From assembly GCA_951406725.2 (NCBI GenBank), contig OX597821.1, positions 101,742,001 through 101,806,000 on the forward strand: 64,000 nucleotides of DNA, in the 5' to 3' direction. Shown here piece after piece: positions 53,114-64,000 of the stretch. The position numbers and the translations under genes were made by a program. Position 1 is the stretch's first letter. The number at the start of each line of letters is the position of its first letter. The notes below the pieces were generated by a model. That model had not been told where the DNA came from. It saw only the letters and a program-made list of their open reading frames with translations, and made no database searches. The DNA comes from Octopus vulgaris. Its lineage: Eukaryota.

Positions 53114-56100
53114 TACTTACTAATGAAATAAAACCACAAGAGTACAAATACGCTATGCTTCCTCCAACGTCTCCTTTATCACTAGAACAATAATTTCTGT
53201 GACTGAATAAGTGAAATGTGTTCCTGTGGGTATGAGACATTCAAGTGCAGCTATTTTGGTGCCATCTATTTAGTATGGCTGATTTGATGCTGACTTACCA
53301 GACATTTTAATATTTCTCATTCTCTCCCTCCCCTACCCCCTCTCTCTCTCTCTCTCTCTCTGTTTATGTGTGTGTGACTATATTTCCTTATATGTATGAG
53401 GAGAGAGAAATTTTATTAATTATGTTCAATTAATAAACTCTAATATCTCTCGCTCTTCCCCTCTCTCTGTTTATATGTGTATATTTCTGCACATGTGCGT
53501 TTAACTTCAGTGCCGAAAAGTACTGTCATCAAAACAGGCTGAATGTCCAGTCAGCCATGCCAAATCATTTGAGTTCAAACAACTGCAAACAATTGTCTCA
53601 CTAGGGTCCTTGCCACACCCAGATTCACTTAATGCATCCGTTTCTTCTCCACTTGTCATTTCAACATCTTAGTCTCCAAACACTCTTACTGAACACATTG
53701 CCCAATCTATATTCCAAGAACTGCAACTACCTAAAACATCACCATTTTACATTTGCTCTTCCATGCTGGCATGGATTTCATGAGCCATCATGCACCAAAT
53801 CAGTTTTTAAAACCTCTCTGCAAATGTTTCCCCCAGTAGAGATTGATCTACAAAACTTCAAGCTGAACATCAATACCTACAGCAACCACTGCAGGGCTCA
53901 CAAAGGCTATAATAGACAGTGCCTCAAAGCAGATTTCCTACTTTACTATTAAAGAACCACATCTATTTTGCCAGACTATTTTGCCAAATCATGGAAGTCA
54001 TGGAGAAGTAAACAAACCAACACCAGTTATCAAGCACTAATGAAGGACAAACACACACACAGACACACATGTGGAAACCCTAACCCTATTTTACTTACTT
54101 CCACTACAATCACTGTGAAAACATGACCTTACAAAACTAATGTAGCAGTATAATATGCCCTCACTATCAGACTGCGACTCTGATAACCACATAGAGCATC
54201 ATAGTGTGCACATGTAGTCCCAAACAAAACTAAAGCAAAGCATAGCTTATTTCTTAATGTTTGGTGAATTATTTCTCTATATGAGAGCTAAAAAGGGTTA
54301 TTATTCATTATGTAATCCTCATTTCAATTAATATGTTAATGAGAAAGTGTAATGTTACTCTGAAACATTTTGTGTTGTACTTTATATATATACAAAGGTG
54401 GTATCAAAAAGTTTGTAGACTAGTTCTGTAGCACAACAACAGACCACAGCACATATACACATGCACACAAACACACACATATATCTTTTTATCATTTACT
54501 TGTTTCAGTTATTAGACTGCTGCGACCATGCTGGGGCACTACCTCAAGGAATTTTAATCAAAAGAATATGTGTGCATGTGTGTGTACATGTGTGTATGGT
54601 GGGATTATTTCAGTTTCTATCTACCAAATCCACTCACAATGCTTTGGTTAGCCCAGGGCTAGAGTAGAAGATACCCAAGATGCTATGCAGTGACTGAACT
54701 CAAAGCCACATGGCTGGGAAGCACTAGTCTGACACAAGCAGTTTATCTGTTTTCATACGTCATTAATTTTTCAAGCCAAATTCAACATTAATATCTATAC
54801 TCTGAGTATCCTCCTTTGTTGATGGGACTAAAGGCAAAACTTATTTTCCTCAAATATAGAAATAAAAAAAAACAGTAATTACTCAAGCACAACATTACAG
54901 TATATTACTACCATAGAAAGAAACTTGAAGCCTGAAATATGGTCCACTAAATCAAGAATTGTAAATACTCCTTCCTAGGTGATCACCAAAAATAAGGCAA
55001 AGACAGAATTGTGTAAATGTAAACAGGTGAGGAGAGCAAGGAAAGGATGAGCTGACAAGTTACAGAATCTATAAAAAAACTGATGCAAATATGCAATCAT
55101 AAACTGAAGTCAATTTATGTCCATGAAACTGTGTTTATGTGCTATATATCTTATCTTTTATCTTCTACTTCAGTAGTTAGACTATGACCATGCTGGAGCA
55201 AAGCCTTGAAGGGTTTTAGTTGAACAAATTGACACTACAACTTAACTTTTCTTTTCAAGTCTAGTACATTCTCTATTGATTTCTTTCACAGAACTGCTAA
55301 GTTATGAGGATGTAAGCAAACCGACACTGGTTGTCAAGTGGTGGGGGTGGGGACAAACACAAACACAAATATGGTTGGGTTCTTTCAGTTTCCATCTACT
55401 AAAGCCATTCATGAGGCTTTAGTTGGCCCTGGGTTATAGTAGACATGTGTCCAAAAGGGCATGCAGTGGAATTGAACCTGGAACCATGTGGTTAGAAAGC
55501 AAACTTCTTACTGCACAACCAAGCCTGTACATTATGCAAGCAAGCATACAACTATGTACATATACATACATGTATGCATGTACACACACACACATGCATA
55601 TATGTCCATGTGATAAATATGTGTCTGTAAACGTGTGGGAGGAAAGAATAAAAATTATGTTCCATAATTCAAATGTCTTATAATTGCATACTATTATATG
55701 TAAATATATGTACCCATAGTACATGTTTAATCTCTCTATGTGAGACACAATATAGTTTTGGTTGCTCTACTAAAAAGCAGATGCCATCCTTCATTAGTAA
55801 TAAGCCATAAAGAAAGTATCTCACAGCAAAAACATTTGCTCCAATTCTGCATAATATCGACACATTCATGAACATTTCAATTGTGCTCATATTGAAAATT
55901 AGATATAAAACAGTTCCTTGCTCTATCATTATGATAACACATATTCACAAACTACAAATTCAACAGAGAGTAAAGATGAATATTTCCCAAGGGTATTAAT
56001 GCCATAAGTGAAACAGATTCAATCAGGAATCAAAATCGATTGTGTGAGTGTGTGCATGTGTGAATGCATAAATTTGAATGAACAATAATGTGTTCACTCA

Positions 56101-57019
56101 TAATTATACGCCTACATATATGATTGCATATAATAATATGCCTTTTACCAAATTACATACTCCCATTCATATATGTATATGGAACTGGTTGTGCTTCCAT
56201 AGAACTATTTTCACCCTCATCTGTAAATACATGATTTAGGTGAAGTACAATGAACTATCATAAACTGTCCATTACCCAGCCTCCTATTAATTACTTCAAT
56301 ATGACATCCACATTACCTTTGGGATCCCTGATAATCACATGGTCAAAGGAGAAACCATTCATTTACAATTTCATTTAATGTCAGTGTAAAAATACATAAA
56401 AATGCAATGAAAATATACAGACACTCACACACACACACATGAATACATACACTAGCCGGAAAAAAGCAAGCATTTGAGTGAAAATATTCTTAACTGAACC
56501 TGGAAAACTACAGATCAAGAAACGGAAACTTAAAACTACTGGAACTTGAATTTAAATAGTATGTCTTATTTGAGCAAGTGTTACATGGAAAACAAGTATG
56601 GAGAAGTTAAAGAAAACATTTGCAGTAGAGTAGTTAAATTTGAAGAACAACTTTCTGGCTGCCATAGCACCCTCCAATATACATCTCTGAGACCATATCC
56701 AATGAGTTATACCAAATTTAAGCAAGATGAATAAAATTTTGCGCATTGGAAAAAGGAGATTTTTAAAAATGAGTGTTGTGTGATAGGAGGAGAGAGTTTC
56801 TGGATAAGAGCCTAAGAGTATTGGATTTCCAGAGATCTGAAACACTAAATTAGCAAATACATCACATGATATTTTTAGAGTCTACAAACAAGATAAAATT
56901 TTAGTCTCTCTTTCACTCATAAATTCAACACTGGACATATATATTCTATTTGTACTTCACAAGATATTTAGTTCTTGGCTGAGACAAGTAAAAAAATACA
57001 GAGTAGGGTATTCTTTCTT

Positions 57020-57435
57020 TTATTCTTTTACTTGTTTCAGTCATTTGACTGCGACCATGCTGGAGCACCACCTTAAAGTGTTTTAGTCAAAGACTTCAAC
57101 TCCAGTACTTATTCTTTGTAAGCCTAATGCTTATTCTATCGGTCTCTTTTGCTGAACTGCTAAGTTACAGAGAACCACTAAGTTTACAGAGATGTAAACA
57201 CACCAACATCAGTTGGGGTGGGACAAACATGGACACAAAGACACACACACATAAATATGTACATACATATACATAAATATATATGACAAGCTTCTTTCAG
57301 TTTCCATCCACTCACAAGGCTTTGGTTAACCAAGACTATTGCAGAAGACACTTGCCCAATGTGTCAAACAGTGGGGCTGAACCTGAAACCATGTGGTTGA
57401 GAAGCAAGCTTCTTACCACACAGCCACGTCTGCGC
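57020..57435 (-). mobile_element. SINE family A; other copies at ~1-147(-), 6815-6997(-), 18520-18678(-), 30478-30632(+), 40585-40910, 41342-41855(+), 50273-50438(+), 52010-52380(-), 54485-54725(-), 55150-55525(-), 61895-62040(-)
   Basis: Reverse-complement match to the family A head and tail motifs. Confidence 0.85.
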
Positions 57436-57779
57436 TTATAGGTAATGAAAGTAAAAATGGTGGCTTCATTCAGAGAAAACACGATAAAAAATACATTTAA
57501 GACTGACAACAAAAAAATCGAAATCTGTTTAATTAAAATGAAAAAATGAAGCATAAATAAATTACTCTGAGAAATTTATCAATGATTTCAAAGCGATGCT
57601 ACAGTTGCTGTCACATTAAGGCGACATGAGTTACTTCCCTTACAACAGATCGTGTGTATGCACACTACTAAAAAAAAATATGAAAAACACTGGTTGCACA
57701 TTAATATGCATATATCTATCTAGATATCTTACGTGTGAATTAATTCCCACACAAATATAAAATAATATACATGTGTGAG

Positions 57780-58440
57780 TGGTGTTCAGGCTACTTAATT
57801 TAACTATTTTATATACCTGTTGTTTTTTTTTTCTTTCGAGAACATCTTGATGCATTGGTGAACAGTCAACAGCGTTGAGAACATAAAGACTAAAGTTGCA
57901 GATGAGAAAAAGTTAAGTGACTAGGAGGACTATTAGAAAAGGGTTAGCTGTACCATGATGGAGATTGTGGTCAAATATTGGCCAGAGAGGGTTGCATGTG
58001 GCAGCAGGATTCAGCTTCTTCTTGCCACACCTCTGGAAAGAGTCAAAAGTGGTTGTCAAAGAATTTTTTTTTATTTCAGCAGCCCCAATTTCTGGCCTCT
58101 TAATTCCCCATGATCACAAAGTGTGGGGTACAGTTGACAAAGACACCAACTGCTCTGCCTGCAACACCAAGGCCGAGCTGGTGACCAAGATTAAAGAGGA
58201 ATTCAAAGATCTTTTCAGGGACACAGTGGGAAATACATGTTCTGGGTTCCAGAGCTACTTTGAGGCTGTGGTGGAAGCTGAGGGTGGCTACTTTGAGTAA
58301 ACTATTATCTCCTTACCATAATCAAGCTGACGTTTTTTTGATTTTTAAAAATACTTTAATTTTGGGATGTGATATTATTATTATTATTTTCTTTTTTGCT
58401 TTCACACAAACTGTCAGATTTAGCACAAACACCCTTTAGG
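57780..58440 (+). mobile_element. Tc1/mariner-superfamily (maT/DD37D-like) transposase relic
   Basis: WQQDSAS..HTS..SQKWLS across frameshifts and VWGTVDKDTN...NTKAELVTKIKEEF...FQSYFEAVVEAEGGYFE. A right TIR-like segment lies at ~58410-58437; the left end is uncertain. Confidence 0.75.
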
Positions 58441-58473
58441 TATATATAAACATACATTCAAATATAGATTATA

Positions 58474-58621
58474 GGCACAGGCATGGCTGTGTGGTAAGAT
58501 GCTTGCTTCCTAACCACATGGCTCTAGGTTCAGTCCCACTGCGTGGCACCTTGGGCACTATAGCCTTGGGCCAACCAAAACCTTGTAAGTGGATTTAGTA
58601 GATGGAAACTGGAAGAAACCT

Positions 58622-58655
<34 letters not shown>

Positions 58656-58885
58656 CACATGTATATATATATGAGTTTGTCTATGTTTGTTCCCCTGCCA
58701 ACACTTGACAACTAATGCTGGTATGTTTATGTCCCTGTAACTTAGAGGTTCCACAAAAGAGACCAATAGAATAAGTACTAGGCTTACAAAGAGCAAGGCC
58801 TGGGGTCGATTTCTTTGACTAACACCCTTTAAGGGGGTGCTCCAGCATGGCCACAGTCAAATGACTGAAACGAGTAAAGAATAGA
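58474..58885 (+). mobile_element. SINE family A, full length
   Basis: Colinear with 9334-9770. Confidence 0.9.
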
Positions 58886-60229
58886 ATATATACATATATA
58901 TATACACACATAGTGTTGTTAGTTAAGGTAAATCGCAGCTGTTTTCTCTTGAAACACAGTTTATTCCATTATTACAATTCAATATGTAATCTCAGTTGCT
59001 GCCATATGTTAGTTGAAAATACATATTAAAAATTGAGAATGATGGAAATATTATTTGCAGAATTATTATATGCAAGCATACAGATATGTACATACACACA
59101 CATGCAGCTATACATATATATATGTATACAGATATACATCCCAATAGATATATATATATGGTGTATATATACATATACACACACATATATATATATACAA
59201 ATATGTACATGTGTATGAGAGACGGAAAAAAGAGAGGGAGGCAACTGAACCAGAAATGATTTAGGCCACAAATGTTGTACTCCATTTTGGCTATGGGAGA
59301 TGTGGTTGGACAATTGTTGAGCTAATGAAAAGTACTGTGCCAGAATCGCATGCCCGTGACTCTCCTCTTGTCTCCAGACAATAAGCATGTTCTTTTCCTG
59401 TTCTTGACTCTTGAGGTTATGTCCCCTTTTTAAGTGGAGCTTAATACGTCCAATGTATGTCCTTTCATTTGCAGATAAGCCTGTCATTTTGCTTAATAAC
59501 ATATTTTTGGAGAAATTCTTGGTTCATGAGATTATCTCCACTTTTCAAATGGGGCTGGTTTTAATTGCCTTTTGGTAATTATGACACACCCACTAGAGGC
59601 AGAGATCATCATCCTCATCATTATTCAATGTCCATTTTTAATATTGGTGTGGGTGGGATGGCTTGACAGGAACTGGCAAGTCAGGAGACTACACAAAGCT
59701 CTGGTGTCTGTTTTGGCATGGTTTCTACAGATGCATGCCCTTCTTAATGTCAATCACTTTACAGAGTGCACTGGGTGCTTTTTTTATGTGGCACCAGCAG
59801 CAGTGAGGTCACCAAGTAACTTGCAGAACAAGACCCCTCAACTGGAAGGGAGAGAAGAATGAGAGCTGGGGAGGGAAAGATAATTTTGATAAATCGAGAA
59901 TTTATGTTGTATAATATTTGATATACATGTATTTGCCTATGTATATAGACACACACATTTTATACATACATAAATAAATAAATAGATATACATATAAGAT
60001 ACACTTTCATAAATACATGGGAGTAAATATGTGTGTATATAGCTTCACTACTGTATTTCTATAAACTTGGCTGCATAACAAACCTTCTGACTCTTTCTGT
60101 TAGAACCAATCTTCCAGTAAAATGTGACCATAACAATTTTAATTATTATGTATTTCAAGTTCATTTATTTCTAATGTTTAGCAAAGGTAAATTGTACCAG
60201 ATATAATTATTAATGACAAGAGCAGTATT

Positions 60230-61441
60230 TTGGGGTTGGCAAGAAAGTAATTTCAGTTTTTTAGTATGAAATAAAAGTAATTTTTTTTTTTCCATACAAA
60301 GAATGAACTTTAATCAATTATATATTTTCCATTTTGTTCAATGACCATTTGCCATTTTTCTGGTAACTTCATGATTCCGCGCTCATAGAACTTCTGGTCC
60401 TTATCAGCCAAAAACTGAAGCAAGTGTGATTTCAGGTCATCATTATTATTGAAAGTTTTACCATTCAAAGAATTTTGCAAACTTCAAAATAAATGGTAAT
60501 CTGATGGTGCAGGGTCAGGGCTTTATGGTGGATGTGACATCACTTCCCAACCAAGCTCCAATAGTTTTTCATGAGTTAGCAAAGACGTGTGTCTGGTCTA
60601 GCATTGTCATGGTGGAAGACAATTCCTTTACGATTTGCCAATTCTGGCTGTTTTTCTTTGATTGTTTCCCTAATGTTTCATTAGTTGTTGACAGTAAACA
60701 TCTGAATTGATCGTTTGATTCCTTGGAAGCAGCTCAAAATACACAACACTTTTGTAATCTCACCAAATTGACAGTATGACCATTTTTTTTAATGCTAGTC
60801 ATCTTTCAATGTGGTTTGTGCTGGTTTATTACGCTTGGACCATGATTGTTTTTGATTGATGTTATTGGAGACAATCCATTTCTCATCACCAGTGATGATT
60901 CATTTCAAAAAAAGGTTGTGTTTGAGATGTATATTGCAAATATTGATTTGTTATGTTAAGTGAATCTCATTCAATTTATGTGGAACCCAAATATTGAGCT
61001 TCTTAAGGAATCCAAGACATTTTAAGTGATTTTCAATTGTTGTGTGTGATACATTTAACCTCTCTGCAATCTCTTGTACAGTTATATGACAGATTCAATT
61101 GATTAAGTCATCATCAACTTCAGTAGGTAAACCAGAACATTGGCCATCTTTGAGTGAAAAATCTCCAGAACAAAATTTTTTAAACCATTTCTGACATGTG
61201 TGTTCTATTAAGCAATCAACACCATAAACTTCACATATTTCTTTTGTGAGCCTCAGTAGCTTTCTTGCCTTTAGGACAAAAAAAAAAATGGCGGAAATGT
61301 TCGTTTTTGCACTCCATGTTAAAATTGACACTGTAACGGCTATCAAATGTCAAAAAAGAAAAAAATCATAACATCGATAAAAGTTGTTAAAAAAAATTGT
61401 AACTATTTGTGAAAAATGAAACTACTTTCTTGTCAACCCAA
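60230..61441 (-). mobile_element. Near full-length degenerate mariner transposon (~1.2 kb)
   Basis: TIRs TTGGGGTTGGCAAGAAAGTAATTTCA / TGAAACTACTTTCTTGTCAACCCAA. Minus-strand remnants EICEVYG...TCQKWFKKFCSGDFSLKD and FHHDNARPH. Confidence 0.9.
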
Positions 61442-61446
61442 TATTT

Positions 61447-61679
61447 CAAAATAGCATTCTGTATGTCCTATTTAATGTGGATATACTCCAAAAAGCCACA
61501 TAACTGTGGTATTTATCTTGAGAAAACATCTCGCATAAACATAGTGCTAAAAAGCACTGATATTCTGTGATTTTTAATACTATTTGTCTATACAAGATGT
61601 TTTCTCAAGACAAATACTGTAGTTGTGTTGCTTTCTGGAGTATATCCATGTTAAGTAAGATATACAGAATGCTATTTTG
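61447..61679. mobile_element. Palindromic (fold-back) MITE-like element abutting the mariner
   Basis: ~105-bp imperfect inverted arms (CAAAATAGCATTCTGTAT...TCTTGAGAAAACATCT / AGATGTTTTCTCAAGA...ATACAGAATGCTATTTTG) with a very short spacer. Confidence 0.8.
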
Positions 61680-62189
61680 TACCATATTTGACTATCGAAT
61701 ATCATTCTTTGGATACACATTTTTGTACATAGATATAGTTCCTAGGGTAAAAGGACATGGGATCTTATTCACCTTGAACAGGGCAGAAAAAGTCACTACG
61801 CACATATATAAATCACACAAAACTTAATCCTGCCTATTCATAAACTCATTTAAAACATTATGAAGGATAGGTCTTTATGATACTTTCTCTTAACCATATT
61901 TTATTGTTTCAATCATTGGACTGTGACCATACTCGGATACTGCCTTGAAGAGTTTAGTTAAACAAATTGACCCCTGTACTTATTTTTAAAATTTGGTACT
62001 TAGTCTATGGTTCTATTTTGCTGAACCATTAAGTTACCAAAAACCATGCACCAAACATTTCACCCCAAACTTCCTCCCCAGAACTTTAACCATTTGGAAT
62101 TCACTCTCTGCATATTAACCTGCAGAAATCCAAACTAAAAGTCAACAACAAGGACCCCACCAGTCTAATTAAATCTGAAAAGTATCTTA

Positions 62190-62600
62190 ATAGCAATGTC
62201 ACATCAGTGCTATAATATGGCAGTGAAACATGGACACTGACAAAGAAATTATCAAATGTGCTAAATGGATGTTACACAAGGATGCTATGAATGGCCCTAA
62301 ATGCAACATATGACAAATGGATGCCTTTATGAAGACCTTCCAAAAGTTAGCAAGAAAATCAGGCAAAGATGGCAGAGACTATCTGGTCACTGCATGCACC
62401 ACCCTGAACTTGAAGCATCCAAGTTAGTCATGTGGAATGCACTTCATGGTGATGTAGGAGGAAAATGTTGTCACATTTACATTGACAACTTGATTGCAGA
62501 CACTGGCCTGGAATGCATCCAGGACCTCAAGGCAGTGATGAGGGACTGAGAAGTGTGGCAAGTGGACATGTTCCCAGGTTGGAACCCAGCCATAATATCT
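62190..62600 (+). mobile_element. Degenerate RTE/RTEX-like LINE C-terminal fragment
   Basis: YGSETWTLTKKLSNVLNGCYTRML followed by LYEDLPKVSKKIRQRWQRLSGHC (ORF 62301-62549). Confidence 0.75.
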
Positions 62601-63189
62601 TAAGCACTGTTCTTCCAGGTTGGATTAAAATTTTAAAATAATGCTTAAATCTTTTCATAAAACATAAGATAGTGCCAAATTATATGCTTAATGTCACCTA
62701 CTTAGATACTCACAATTTTGAGGTCAAATATCCCTAATGTCAACTTTGCTGTACATACCTTCAGGTCAAGAAATAAGCCTCGGTATTTTAGTGGACATAA
62801 TGCAATTCCCTCACCCTTCACAAAATTGGTCACATGCCTAAGAAAGAAATCGATATGCTATTTATGTTGAAAATCTATTATTTCAAATACATAAAACACA
62901 CATGGATTAATAAATTTGCAATAAATAGCATTTGCATCAGAAGAGAGATGTGTGTTCGAAATAGCAATAGTACATCTGCTTTCAGTTCATACAGAAAAGA
63001 AAGCATGTAGAAGTACCACTGGACATGAAATATGATTGGATAGGATGAACCAATACACAACTGGCATAACAAACTGGTCAGCTGTAGCAATCACACAGGA
63101 GAAAGAAAGTAATGTAATTAAGTGTATGATGGTAGACATAGGCTGCAAAATCTTTGTGGATTGTGGTTAGAGTACTGGAAGCATTGTAG

Positions 63190-63810
63190 GACACTTATCT
63201 CTTAGTTAATCAGATTGTGTCATAACAACACTGAAGTCAACTATTATAAACGATCAAGGAGAGGAAATTCTAAGGGTCTCATGCTGACAGATTGATATAG
63301 AAAAGCAGTTATTGCAAATTTTGTACTGACTGCAAAATAATTTCTTGAGCAAAGAACTGAATCTTGTATTTGTTAATCTAAACAAAGTCCATTGATAGGA
63401 TTTCATGCTTTGTGTTCCTGTTGGAACAATAAATAAACTATGTAGATGAAGTGATCAGGAAAGCTATTCAATCCATGTATAAGAGGCTAAAAATATAATC
63501 AATGAGAAATTTATAGTATAGGGAGGTCCTTAACCTTCTCTTCATTTTAGCACTAAAGGTCTATGGAAAGTTTGGTGTGTTGACTTTCAGTAGAAAATGA
63601 GATGATAGAAATCTGTAGAAGTTTGAAACTTTAAAAAGTAGACTTGAATCATTCAATCAGTATAAAGACGATGTTAGCTGAGAGTGTCACCACAAGCACA
63701 ATTACAGAGAAATGGCCTTGCTCTCCAAACAAGAAGAGAGTAAGCAATACCTTAGTATTGTGTAGTCAGTACATACAATAGATATACAGACAGTGCAATA
63801 AGATTTGATA
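63190..63810 (+). mobile_element. Very old RTE-like RT relic
   Basis: Nucleotide-level echoes of the RT segment (CTTGTATTTGTTAATCTA, GCTATTCAATCCATGTAT, GAGAAATGGCCTTGCTCT ~ WPCS) with many stops. Confidence 0.45.
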
Positions 63811-64000
63811 GTATAAAATACTAAATGTCACTTTTAGCAATACTCCCAGAAATGATGACATCATCATGCAGTCCTATCTTAGTTTCTGTCTATATTCTTG
63901 TGTAACTTCAACACATTCCATTAAGTATATATATTATTCATGAAAGCATATTACAATGACAAATTAACTACAAAATCTCATTCAAAACTATCACTACTCA

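Noticed and set aside
54078-54088. Telomeric repeat CCCTAACCCT
   Set aside because: Fewer than two units; compatible with chance.
56450-56890. Possible ancient LINE RT fragment
   Set aside because: Only faint resemblance; too degraded to assign.
59026-59560. 158-aa ORF / possible LTR-retrotransposon integrase relic
   Set aside because: Half is microsatellite-derived and the rest lacks diagnostic motifs I can confirm.

Overview
AT-rich, repeat-dense animal genomic DNA. The SINE, LINE and microsatellite repertoire looks like a coleoid cephalopod (Octopus-like); this is inferred from recalled repeat families, not from a search. There is no complete host CDS, rRNA, true tRNA or CRISPR array. 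Most recognisable content is mobile DNA: a young 5'-truncated RTE LINE (30800-33040) with an intact 444-aa RT C-terminal ORF carrying a PHD-like finger, older RTE relics, Penelope-like (PLE) RT/GIY-YIG relics, two mariners, a maT-like relic, a FLYWCH-MULE containing a nested Charlie-type hAT MITE, several MITEs and three SINE families. Two things stand out. (1) There are six hammerhead-ribozyme-like motifs. The best preserved sits at the centre of a ~400-bp fold-back element (47275-47674) that inserted into a SINE with a 9-bp target duplication. (2) Unique minus-strand islands carry short ATG-initiated frames ending at consensus splice donors, mostly phase 1. One is Cys-rich and one starts MGNS. 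This suggests the 5' multi-promoter region of a large gene whose shared exons lie left of the window. Both interpretations need experimental or RNA-seq confirmation. Coordinates of old repeats are approximate.
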